This document shows, piece after piece, positions 40,402-52,407 of a stretch of DNA of 64,000 bases; position 1 is the first letter of the stretch, and each line of letters opens with the position of its first letter. The translations under genes were made by a program, and so were the position numbers. The notes beneath the pieces were generated by a model. That model made no database searches and was not told the DNA's origin. It was given only the letters and a program-made list of their open reading frames with translations. This DNA is from Sarea resinae (Eukaryota): contig JAPEUD010000004.1 of NCBI GenBank assembly GCA_026026165.1, forward strand, positions 248,001-312,000, read 5' to 3'.

Positions 40402-43400
40402 GTAATGGGCGCACGGTAAGAAGTCCACCACACTGATCACAGTTCAGAGCATTTGTATTCTCTATCTCAATGCGGAATCGTAGAAGAGAGACAGAGACGG
40501 GCGGTGTTGCTGCTGACGATAATGGTGTTTGAGCGTGGTTGAGCAGTAAGAAGTCAGGCCGGGCAAGGCAAGTATGTACAGTAGTTTAGGTAGAGTACCT
40601 TGGTCGAGTAGCATGGACCGTGTTATTGAGTACCGTGTCCGGTGCGTGTTTGGTATCAGCTACAAGCAATCAGTGTGGAGAAGATGCTCTAACACGAGTC
40701 GAAATGGATCCAAGTTGATAACATCAATTTAGTGTAAGGCTACACCGTAGACACCGCAGACACCGTAGGCGAACGAGCGCCGGCCGAGTTAGACGGGGCG
40801 CTGGGGGCGCTGGAGGCGCAGAAGCGAGGTGTCGGATATCAAAAGCGAGCGATGTTATTGGGAGCGTGGGAGCGATGAGCAGGGTGGTACGAAGAGCAAC
40901 CCGAATCTCCACGATGCGAGCCAGGGCCGTTGCTGCGGCCGGTGTGCAGTCGTCAGTCGTTTGGGGAACTTGGATTTGGGGCTGGCCAGTGACCGGCTGG
41001 ACCCTGTCCGCCTCCAAGGTATCCCTTCAAGGTTCCGCTCCCTCTTCCGAAGATGCCGACTCCGGCTCGGTGTTTCTCGTGGACGGGAGAGTACAGATAC
41101 AGCGCAATGGAAGTGTGTTAGGTATGAGATGTGTATCTGATCGTGCACGACCTCGCGCTTGGAGAGATCTCGACCCTACTCTTACAGAAGGAAAAGCAAG
41201 GTGGATGATATCAGCCAGAGACCCGACCGAGGACAGCGAACCTCCCCCCCCTCCCTACGCCACAACCGATGGATGCATCTGACGGAGCAGCGACTTCATG
41301 AAGAGAGATGACCAAAAGAGCAAATGCAAGCTGAGGTCGCGAATCCGCAGAGACTGTAGATTGCATGGCAGAGACATTCTGACACACATATCCGTACACG
41401 CACCGCACACGGCTACCGACATATTACGATGCGGCCACTCCTCTTCTTCCTCCCTGGTCTTTGACCTCGTCACGACCAGGATAGATCAGCCAAAGGAACA
41501 GTGGGAGCGAATTGCAATCATGGGAATCTTCCAAGCAATCGGATGGAGCAGAGTGCGACACGGCAAGCCACAGCGGAACCGAACGTCTCTTCTTCCGTGG
41601 ACCGTGATAAGGTGTGGAGGGCGAGAGAGAGAGAGAGAGGCAGAGAGAGAGCAGAGGAGCACTATGTGTTTGCATGAAGCAGCTGGAGACGAGGAACAAT
41701 CGATCAATCGATCAATCAATCATCCGTCACCCTTCAGCCATGACGAAGTAGAAGATACATTGATCCCATCCTACCTGTACTGATCGACGTCGCCCACGTT
41801 CCAATTCAGCCGAAGAGATGGAAGCGTCTGCACCAGAGAGCCCTGGAGATTATGACTCTCGCTGAAGATTAATGCAATCAACAACGTACCAAGTACGAAG
41901 TACCCTCCTCTATCTATTCCGCACTATGGTAACTTCGTCCCTACCTACCTAAGGTACCCCTCCCCTCCCCTCGCTGCCCCGATCATTCGCCTAACACCCT
42001 GAATGCCCCTAACACCCCTACCCTGCCTCTTCGTCCCGCCCCTACGCGAGTCACGCCCCATGACGAGAGACGGCTTCATCTCCACCGCAGCGAAGGTCCC
42101 TCTGCTATCTCGCAGTCCAGGCCGTACCAGCTGCGGTCTCGGGAGCGCTAAGCACGAGTGATCGTACACAGTACACCTCACAGTACGGAGTACACAGTAC
42201 ACAGTCCATCCTGAGGTTCGGATGCAAGCTGATGACGAGTGCCCGGTTGAAGGTGCCCGGGCAGTATCAGTGGAGGGAGCGATTGATCCATTCAATTCTC
42301 TAGGGTACGAGAGTTATCGTCAACGGATGGACTGGAGCTTTCCAATGGCTCCTTCGCCTCCCCACTTGATCCGCTGAGTATCCATGCTTACATCAAGTCC
42401 ACCCAGCCATCCATCCATCAACCATCTATCTGTCGGACCGACGCCCGTGTCTGCAGGAATGCCTGATCACGGAGCTGTGTGTGTAGCTTCCCTACCTACC
42501 TATACCTACTACCTATCTTGCCTACCTCACCTTTACCTGACCCAGGCGCGTGTGTGCTCACTTCCGCAATCACGGCCGATGGGCCGGAGGGGAAAGCGGG
42601 CAGGTCTTCGTTCGTACTAGCTATGTGAGAGGCCTTAGGTAAACAAGGCGGCCATCGCACATGGATGATATCGATAGATGCCCGCGCGCCTTCCGGCAGG
42701 GACTCTTCGTTCGCGTACGGCGGACGTCCAATAGATATCGAGTTACCTGGACCGTCCGATATTCATTCACATCAATACTTGCAACATCCATCTTTCCAAA
42801 TATGTACCCTAGCATGAGGAGGCGTCGTCCCTACGTGACTTCTACAGCCGGCCGACCTACATTGCAGATTCGTGTGAGAGGACTGAAGGGCATCGCGAGA
42901 AACATTGGTTAGGGGATGCATCACTACCAGCATCTGCCTGCTAGAGAGTTCGCTCTGCAACAGAATGATCGCATCAAGCCGAGCAAGCTTGATACGGGTT
43001 GCAGACGCAGGAAATGATGCTGTGAATCGATTCCCGTTCTTTTGTTTTCTGCATGTCGCCGCAGGTCTTACAATCAATTGGCGCGGCCGAGCCTCGCCAG
43101 ACCCAGATTAGGAACTGTCATCCATGAGGCTGAACCGGCCGATGGGGGAGACACCGCTTCACTTGCAGGCGTCTTCGCTACGACCAACATTGATGCTATT
43201 TCATACAAGTAGGAAAGGCATCGTATTCTGCCTAGATAGAAGCACATGGTTACTTGAAACTAGGTAGGTAGTATGCGAAGAGGTATCACATGAGAATTCT
43301 AAGAGATCGCTTGTGTTGATCGCAACGGCTCGGCAGCAAGGCACCCAGCCCCAGGCCGCAAGTCTTAAGTCTTGTTTGACTTGTCTGCCTAACGGGCTCG

Positions 43401-43407
43401 TGCGTGC

Positions 43408-45118
43408 CTACACCGTCTCGATGTATCTTCTTACCTCCCTGTAGCAAAGTCATTATTGTCAGCCTCTTGAAGCAACAAAGAAAGGGCTGAGTACTGACCA
43501 GTCAGTGACAGCTTCATCCCATAGGCGGATTTCATGCTCTCTGGTCCCACCAAAATGGTCGACGAAGTCGTCGCCAAACACTTCCCTCGCTATGCTTCCT
43601 TCTCTTGTGAACCGTTGGGTTGCCTCCTTCAATGACTTTGCAAGTCTGACTCCTTGATCGGAAGCGCTGCCAACATCCTCCCCTTTACCTAGAGGTGGTA
43701 TACTGATCTCGAGCTTCTTCTCGATTCCCCGGTAGCCCAAAGCAAGGACTGCTGCCAGAACCAGGAATGGATTAGTATCTGCGCCGGGAACTCTGATTTC
43801 TAGTCTTGTAGCCTTGGGACTCGCGGTAGGTGGCGCGATTAGCCGGATCGAGGCTGCGCGGTGTTCAAGACCCCACGAAACCGTCACTGGCGCCCAGAAG
43901 TTCTCGACGAGACGCTTATATGAGTTTACAGTCGGTGCCAAAATTGGCATGATATCTGGTAGTCCTTCCAAGACTCCTGCCAGGAAGTGGCAGCAGGTGT
44001 CAGAGACATAGGCAAGATCTGGATACTTTGCTTGCTCATTCTTTTCACTGCGGGAGAAGATGTTTTTGCCTCCTCCGTCGACCAGAGAGACATGCATGTG
44101 TCCGGAATTGCCAGGCAGACCTTCTCTTGGTTTGGCCATGAAGCAAGGAGTTATTCCAAATTTGCTACCCACTGACTTGACGACATATCTTGGTAGGAGG
44201 AATCAGTATAAGAGCTCTTTTGATTTTTCGGTGCGGGCCAACTGACTTGAAAAGCGTTGCCTTGTCTGCCATTTGCTTAATCTCGCCATATTCCAAAGCC
44301 TGGACCAAATATTTGCGTTAGCCAAATGTGGTAGGTACAGCTCAAGTCCTCTGAATCGACTTACAGCTTCGAAGACGCCCGGACCACTTTCTGTATGCCA
44401 TCCTTCGATACCGCAATTGAATTTCTCACAAGCATCGTAAACCCCATAATAATATTCCTGGTTGTGCACTGGTCGGGTCAAGCTGTAGCCAAACATGCCT
44501 TCTGTCAGAGACGGCAATGAGTCCACAGGGTTCTCTCGCAGGAATTTCGCTGTCGATGATGAGTTTCGCTCGGAAGTAGGCCCGTCGGTTTTGGATGGCG
44601 CTCGAAATTGAAAGAATTCGTATTCAGCTGGGACAATGGCACTGTCAGTCTCTAGGCGGGCTAAAAGCACTGCGCTGGAAGTGGAGGAGCAACTCACCTC
44701 CAGCCATCGCACCTAGTCCCATTTTACTGAATTTGTCCGAGGCGGTTTTGAGCAAGCCTCTAGGACAGGCGCTGAGAGGAGCTTTGGTGTCGGGGTCGAA
44801 GAAGCTGAGAAGGAAGAAAGGGACATTGTCTTCCCAGGGTATTCTCCTGTAGCTGCTGAGGTCGGGCACGGCGATGATGTCGTGGTACCCATTCTCCTTG
44901 TTGCTGATCTTGAGCTCTTTGAAGTATGTCTGGTCGTGCATGTCCCAGCCGAATATGACAGAGCAGAAGCCAAAGCCATCCTTAGCAACAGAGAGGAATT
45001 TCTTCTTCGACATCAGCTTCCCTCGAAGGACGCCATCGATGTCAACGCCGCCGACTTTGACCTTGGTGTCGTTGAGCAGGAGCTCCGGTAGAGCGTCTGC
45101 AGTGATTGAATCAGGCAT
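43408..45118 (-). CDS. Glutamine-synthetase-I-like ligase (GlnA4/PauA-type gamma-glutamyl-amine synthetase candidate), multi-exon
   Basis: DIDGVLRGK, HTESGPGVFEA, FMAKP..GLPGNSGHMHVSL, PTVNSYKRL..FWAP, EHRAASIR, RLEIRVPGADTNP, and AVTDW|EVRRYIETV*. This is not the eukaryotic GSII sequence type. Confidence 0.9.
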
Positions 45119-46738
45119 CGCGAGAATGAGCGAGCTGGGGAAGACAGCGATTGGCCACTAAGGTAAGGGTTTCGAGATGAATCTTAGACAGAGGAACCCT
45201 GATCTTGCAGGCAGAGCGCTTTGCACGTGTCCAGATAGATGGTGGGGAAAGTTAAAGTCGGGCCTGGAATGGTTGATCTTCGACCGTTTGAGTACGGTAC
45301 GGCTTTGCTACGACGCGCACGACACGGTTCACGATGCTTCCCCTTGGAGCAGAGAGGGGAGAGAGCTACGAGCTTGTTATCAGCTGCGTCGTTTGACGGT
45401 AAAGGCGCCACCAGTGGGAACGCCGCCGATACCAAGTGGTGGCAGCATCATCCGAAACAAGAAAAAGCAACGAAACTCACATCGCCATGAGGTTAGATCG
45501 GGCGTTTCCTTGCATCGCTTATCGGCGTCACGAACCGTATTTGAATTGTCCCTCACGTCGCTTCGCAGGTTCTCACTTCAACTTCAACTTCAACTTCAAC
45601 CTCAACTTTCTCACCTCAGCAGTTCGGCCATAGGGTTACCGGAGGGATCAAGGGAGCTTTGGGCATGGATCTTCGATACGGCATCTCTGAGCCTCAATTA
45701 TACCTCACCTAGGATAGCTCCAGCTCAGCGGCTGCAGCCTCAGCCTCAGCCTCAGCTTCGAGCTTGTACCGCCAAGCCTGGGCATTCTTGTATTTAGCCA
45801 AATGACAATATACTACTCCCATCGTCTCGTCTCGTCCCTCTTCCTATCACTTACTCCTGCTGTTCAATTGCCTCTCGCTCCACCCTTGGCTTACGAGGTG
45901 TCGAGGACACCACCGAGAGAGACGCTCATCCATGACCTGCTCGCTCTACTGTCCGGTAACGGAGGGGCGATAATCTCGGATTGGCGTCCTTATCTCCCAC
46001 TTCCAGATCTCCAGGATGGAGCTGCCCCACGGAGGGCGGGCGATCAATGGATCAATGGGTCGATGGGTCGATAGGCCCAGGGGCCAATGACTCAACATGC
46101 AGATTGGGCGGTGAACTGTTGATAGCTGCCCCTCCTTCAACATAGCTGAGAGTACGTTCCTAGGGTCCATCCGTCCTTCGGGGCGGATTGACTCGTAATA
46201 ATCTCACGACTACCCACCAAATGGACGGCGCCCCGGAGCCTTCAGTGGATCTAGGGTACGGTGATTGCGGTACTACTCATAGTACGCTCCTCATCTATGC
46301 CAGCTATCGTTAGTGTTACCCACTCTATGCTCCTTCAGTCGGTACCTTCAGATGCTGGCGCCGAACTCTCAGAGCCCTTTGTAACGGTCGGTATCGGACC
46401 GCCTGCTTGATTGAATCTTCTTATCGGCACGCGATCGCAACTTCACGATTTCCCATTTCACACCTTGACAGCAACAACCTGAAAGGAAGGCGTCTGATTC
46501 TGCACGCAATCAAGTAAGTGGCCATTGCTATCCCAGAGATCGATGATGGATGACGCATGTGATGTGTGCAACGTCCAAGAGGTGACGAGTCGACGATCAA
46601 GCGAGCCCTAACATCTCAGAGCTACGCTGGAATTGCTTGCGCAGTGATGATAACATCATGTCGCCACAGATCTTTCCCCGCACGGACACAAAAGACGAGA
46701 GTTATCGTCAGCTACATCAACACTGTTTTTAAATCAAC
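45119..46738. promoter_or_regulatory. Divergent promoter with multiple HGATAR (AreA/NIT2-type) sites
   Basis: About 11 HGATAR matches found by eye on both strands (45233, 45377, 45519, 45968, 45990, 46069, 46120, 46304, 46421, 46648, 46702). Confidence 0.5.
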
Positions 46739-48183
46739 ATGGGACGTCTAGAAGGGAAGAATGCTGTGATCACGGGAGCGGCAGGGTAAGTAAAAGCACA
46801 AATTCATCTAGTCATAATGCTTTCGTTCCTTTTGGCTTGTCGTGTCTTTCTGTTTGGTTTCTTTTTGCTACAAGGCGGTTTGTTTGTTTGCTTATGAAGT
46901 GCTGTCTCTCCTTTACCAGCGACCGCAGGTCTCCTGTTTTCCAATGTGCTTACCTGAGAGCTCTAAGATAAATAACATATCACCAGCTTTCTTTCATATT
47001 CTTACCTTCAGTTCTTACTCTAGCATGTTTTTCATGCCAATGGTGTTCGATGTTTATCTAGATGGTATTTGGCATTTGTCCGCTGCTGTTCTTGTCGGAT
47101 TATCCGCGACTTCCAAAGACCTTTGGGCTGATCATATCTTCTTCCTTTTTCACAGAGGCATTGGCCTTGAAACGAGCATTTTGTTTGCCCGTGAAGGCGC
47201 TTCTATCCTTATGACCGACATCTCCGCGCCGGCGCTCGAGAAAGCCTTGGCGAAGGTGAAGGAGCTTGTTCCCAATGCCCCCAAAGTCGAGACCGTCATT
47301 TGCGATGTTTCCAAAGAAGCGGATGTTGCCAAGGCCGTTGAGAAGCTAGATTCCTGGGGCGGGCTCGATATTATCTTCAACAACGCTGGCATCATGCACG
47401 CTGATGACGCTGACGCCATTGACACCCCGGAGAAAATCTGGGACCTGACTCACAATATCAACGTCAAGGGCGTCTGGTACGGTAGCAAGCACGCAGTGCT
47501 GGCTCTCCGCAAGCACAAGAAGGCCAAGGGGAGTATCATCAACACTGCTAGCGTGGTGGCTCTTGTCGGCAGCGCAACGCCTCAACTGGCATATACGGCA
47601 AGCAAGGGGGCCGTACTAGCCATGACTAGGGAATTAGCCATCGTGCATGCCCGAGAAGGTCCGTCTTGAATCCCCCATTTCACAGCATAGAAAAGGGCTG
47701 ATGAGAAAATAGGATATCGTTTCAATGCTCTCTGCCCTGCCCCACTCAAGTAAGCCACTGTCTCTTTCCACCGCCAACCTCCAAGCGACCTCCCTTTCTC
47801 CATCATCCCCACTAATCATGCGTTCGACTTCAGCACCCCACTCCTCCAAGACTGGCTTGGCGACGACAAAGCCAAGCGCCACAGACGTGAGGTGCACTTC
47901 CCGAGCGGGCGCTTCGGTGAAGCCATCGAGCAGGCGCAAGCCGTCCTCTTCCTCGCCAGCGACGAGAGCAGCTTCATCAACGGCACGGATTTCGTTGTTG
48001 ATGGCGGCATGACCAAGGTGAGCGCTCTCCGAGGGCATAGTGTCTTTCCTTTCACATGCAGCAGTGGAGAAGACTTTACGAATTCGTAGAGAGAGAAAGA
48101 GATCTAATGCCTCTGGTGATCACTAGGCATACGTCACCCCCGAGGGTCCACCCACCGCGGCGCCGTCCAATCTGGCTCGGTAA
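46739..48183 (+). CDS. Short-chain dehydrogenase resembling actinobacterial glnA4-linked SDRs (5 exons)
   Basis: MGRLEGKNAVITGAAG|GIG, FNNAGI, NTASVVALVGSATPQLAYTASKGAV, RREVHFPSGRFG, FVVDGGMTK|AYVTPEG. Confidence 0.92.
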
Positions 48184-49253
48184 GCACGGCCAGCTTTCGA
48201 TGTAGTTAGCAGTGAGTGCATGGCCGTGAGGACTCGAATAGATCGGCCCATGGGCAGCAGAGCATGGAAGAGGAGGTATCGGAAATGTCTAGGCATATCA
48301 ATCTTATCGATCATGTCATATCAGCTCAGCGCTTCTGCTTGCTTGTTACTCATCTTCCATTCTCGTCCGCTGCCAATAATAGAAAGCATGCCGCTCGCTT
48401 TGCTCTCCTTTCCTCTTCCACTTGGCCTGCCTACGTTTGTTGTCCTCCATGTGTGGCTTCTGCAGGTAGCAGGTAGCAAGTAGTTCGGCATCCATATGTC
48501 AGAGTTCTCTAGCCAAAGGCTTGATTCCTAAGACACCCTTATTGCGGTCGGCACTGATGCGGACGACCAATGCATGTTCGAGAATCGCGGGCAAGCGCGG
48601 TTCTGTGCTGCTCATTGACTGTATACGCACGTGCATGCTTGAAGAGAGAACTTTTCGAATGCCGCCGATGTCATGTCTGATTGAATGAGGCTTTGATCTC
48701 TCGTATTTGAAGAGCCACTTGGATGCGAATGGTGGGATTGTGTGGCTTTGGCCCTGTTCTCTACTTGTTGGTGATATACCACACTCGGCATCACAAGCTT
48801 CGAGTTTACGAAGGAGTATCTGACATGGTCGATATCTTACAGAGGTCCTGACGGCAATAACAAGGTCGCGCTTATGAGTGTTTGAAAGTATTTCTGACTA
48901 ATCTGACAATTCATACATTACAACTTCACAACGCAATCTTGAAATGAGAGGGCAGTGGAAATGATGAACAACTTCATTTTTTTTCTAGTTTTCCTTTTTA
49001 CTTTGTGATGGACTGGGGCGGTCGTGGGAGATGATACTTGCTTACCTTTTTTTGCCTAATGAGTGGACTGGGTGAGTGCGAAAGGGGAAAAGCAGTCGCG
49101 GACAAAACATTGGGCTCGCAAAGGAGACGCAGAAAAGCAAACATGGAAAAAGCAAGACAGAACAAGACAACAAGGGAAAAAAGACTCAAAGCCAACAACA
49201 AACGGAAGGGTAGATCAACTCACCTTGCCTGTTCATGCTACTGCTTTTGAAGT

Positions 49254-51077
49254 TCACAAACGTCCCATCTCGTGCTCCATCGCGCGCGCGGCCGCTTCTT
49301 GACGCCTCCGCTTCCGGGCCTCGTTCTTTTCAATCATCTCGACGGATGAAAAGGTACACTGCTTCGTGCCACAGGCGCAGAGCTTGTCCTTCGTGAAATA
49401 GGAGTCACCATAATCGATGGTCATCTCGTCGAAGATTTCGATATCTTTCATCGCGATGACGACCATGCGCCATTTGCTGCCCACGACCACGCAGTCGAAG
49501 AAGCAGGCTGCGTCGCACGAGTGGTTCATGTACCGGGTCCAATTGCCGCTGACACGGGCGTCGACTGCGCCGATTTCCATGTTTCCCAGCTTGTCCCCAG
49601 GTCCGAGGGGCTCGTGGTGAGAGGGCCGATCGAATGCCAGTATGTAGCTGGTGTCGAGACCCTTTGGATGTTCAGTGTTGAGCATCGTGCCGGTGTACTC
49701 GGCCATGATGGCTTTTTTGGGAATCCGTTGAAGCGCGCGGACTCCGTTGCCTTTCTGGCCGTAGAACGTCATTTCCACCAGAGGATTGAACATGGAATGC
49801 GGCCCACAATTGCAGTTGTGCTGCTTGCAGACCTTACATGGGGGGTCGGCGGCATGGGTATCCTGTGGGTTCAAAGTGGGCCAGGGCCAGGAGTTCGGCC
49901 AGTCTTTGGGCTCGACGTTGCAATGCTCCGCTGTGATATCCAACTCATCAATATTGAGACATTGGACGCCACCAGAGGTCAAACGTTGTGGCTTACCAGA
50001 ACCATTCAAAGCCCAAAGATGAGGGTGGTCTGGCTTCAGTTCGAACGTGGACCGGACAGCCTCGATAGTGATTGAGGGAGCTATACACACCAGAGGAGAT
50101 TCCCAGTCAAGCCCGCGGACCTTTGCGAACATCTCAAGACTCGCCTTGTTGCGGCGGATGGACTTGCACAAGGCCATCCAGCGTTCGTCGTCAAAGGCAC
50201 GAGCCGCTTCCCTAAAGGCTGGTGAATAGGCAAGGATACTGAGCATGAGCCAGCCGAGTGGGCTTGCAACAGTGCTATAACGCTTCCACATACGAGCCTT
50301 GTCGCTGGTAAAAGCCTGGAGTTCAAGGCCGTCATGGGTTGCAATGCCGGTGTTGCCCATAAACTCCTTGAGCTGGTTTGTCACCTTTTCAAGCTCGCCG
50401 TGCATAGCCTCGTTCCCGTCCTCTTTAGCATCCAAATACAACAACGCAGCTTTCAGAACGTGTTCAACAACTGAGCGTTCTGCGTAGAAGGTTTCAAGGA
50501 GAGAATACTTACCGGACCGGTCCTCAGCATTCCCAGCCCCACCCTCGTGCTGATTGATGAGATCTCTAGTTTGCTGATTGAGATAGAGACAGTTGATCGA
50601 GGTCTGATGGAGATCCAAGTAGATCTGCCCCATAGTCGTATTGATTATCTCCTTCATCGGATCGGCCAACACGAACGGAGTATCCCTAGCAAGGATCAGT
50701 CGAGGAGCTGACTCGTCGTTGAGCTCAGAAATATACCACGTTTCACCGTCGATCTCCACTTCACCAAGTTCGGTAAGATATGTGAGGTCCTGTACGCCCC
50801 CTTCTAGATGGTCTGCGTTAGCCGCTGCTCGGATCAAATCTTTCACGGCTTGCGTGTACGTAAGTTGACATGAGGATTTCTCTCCAATAGTGGTCTCGGC
50901 CTCATCGATAGATTCTGCATCTTGCATGGACTCATCATCTTCTGGGGAGTCGTCATCGGTGTCACTGTCTGGAGCAGGCTCCTGGTGGAGCCCATATGCT
51001 TCAGGAAGCAAGTTGCGGCCCGACTTTCTAGCCAGAAAGCGTCCAGGACGCAACTCAGTGCTAAATTTCATAGCCAT
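49254..51077 (-). CDS. SET-domain protein (putative lysine methyltransferase) with a long unassigned N-terminus; apparently intronless
   Basis: Cys-rich CKVCKQHNCNC, KGNGVRA, AEYTG, GNWTRYMNHSC, EMTIDYG..YF, post-SET CACGTKQC. Likely start MAMKF; the ORF is open further upstream to 51416. Confidence 0.88.
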   Translation of the reverse strand: MAMKFSTELRPGRFLARKSGRNLLPEAYGLHQEPAPDSDTDDDSPEDDESMQDAESIDEAETTIGEKSSCQLTYTQAVKDLIRAAANADHLEGGVQDLTYLTELGEVEIDGETWYISELNDESAPRLILARDTPFVLADPMKEIINTTMGQIYLDLHQTSINCLYLNQQTRDLINQHEGGAGNAEDRSGKYSLLETFYAERSVVEHVLKAALLYLDAKEDGNEAMHGELEKVTNQLKEFMGNTGIATHDGLELQAFTSDKARMWKRYSTVASPLGWLMLSILAYSPAFREAARAFDDERWMALCKSIRRNKASLEMFAKVRGLDWESPLVCIAPSITIEAVRSTFELKPDHPHLWALNGSGKPQRLTSGGVQCLNIDELDITAEHCNVEPKDWPNSWPWPTLNPQDTHAADPPCKVCKQHNCNCGPHSMFNPLVEMTFYGQKGNGVRALQRIPKKAIMAEYTGTMLNTEHPKGLDTSYILAFDRPSHHEPLGPGDKLGNMEIGAVDARVSGNWTRYMNHSCDAACFFDCVVVGSKWRMVVIAMKDIEIFDEMTIDYGDSYFTKDKLCACGTKQCTFSSVEMIEKNEARKRRRQEAAARAMEHEMGRL

Positions 51078-52407
51078 GAATAATGCAGGAGGCGAGTGAT
51101 TGGCTAAATTTACAGCCTTGGACGGATACACCTGTAGTAACGACGATGAAGGGTCTTGCAGTAAACGAATAGTCCAGGGGAAGCCAAGACTAGAAAAGAA
51201 TCTTTCGATGAGATACGAATGTAGTAAAGAAGCTGTTGATGAGCAAGAAGAAATTGGGATTTTCTCGGGCTTCTTATAAGAAAGTTGTCGTTGCTGAACT
51301 ACTCGAAAACAACGAACGAAACAATTCTCAGAACAATAGTCAGTGACACAGGTCAACAAGGACAAAGAAATTTTGACAACCAGCGAACCGACACAGAACA
51401 AGGCCTTTGTTTGCATCTTGGTCCGCTACAAAGATAACCTCTTTTGCAGCAGACAATGGCCCAGTAAAAAGATAATGACGGCAATCGCATATAGTCATCC
51501 TGCCATTTCAAGTTGAAAGCTTCATTCGGTAGTCAGATCGAGGAAATAGATGCTCTCATCTTCATCTCATCCAGTCAACTTCTAGAAAACGAGTCGGATT
51601 CTGCATCGGGGGATGGCAGATACCGAGTGAGACGTAAGATGGGATCCCAATGAAGGAAAATTAACGTACGATGGAATCGTTGGTGGGAGAGGTTGTTGCT
51701 GGTTGGGGAGTCGGGAGTCCCAAGGCTGAATAAGTACACGGTAGCGCCGAAATTTTGGTGAACAACGACCTCGTGAAACACATTCGACTCAGAGAGGGCT
51801 ACATAGACGTTGCTGGTTTAGGGTGAACAAATGCAGAACTTGAAGACAGGAAATAAATAAGAGTTGATCTGAGAATTCTTTCAATGGAGAACAAGGTGTT
51901 TCAACTCACAGGTCTACCTCTATGAGAATATGCAAAGATAAAGCCCCGGTGTTAGATTCGGTCTTCCACATTCGTTTCACAAAAGACGTCTTGTTTAGGA
52001 TGTGTACTGGTTTCACAAAGAGTCATGCTCAAAGGCAAGCACAGAGTGGGATCATTGTAGTGATTCCTGGATTCCGAGTTGTCATTCAGCGCACAAGGAC
52101 AAAGGGTTCATCGAAATAGCAAGGATCAAAATAAGACTGATTCGCAGATTTCGTTTCATTCTTCAGTGTATCTGGTATTTGCCTTTCTTGTAGATGGTTT
52201 GACTATGCCGTAATATCATCATCCTGCGCCAGGCAGATCGCAGCCGCATTGGCGAAGAATTCTGCTTTCCTTCTGGCGTCAAATACGGGTTGCTGTGACA
52301 TCTAACCCTTCTCCGATTGATATTGCATCGAATCCTCGCAATGCTCACAGCTATGCTGAAAAACCAAGTCCGTGTCTTATATACCAAGCAGCTTCGCCAG
52401 CTTGAAC

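Noticed and set aside
40450..43400. Numerous 60-160 aa ORFs between the Acr-2-like and GS-like genes
   Set aside because: No recognisable motifs, overlapping on both strands, low complexity; likely a long regulatory or UTR region.
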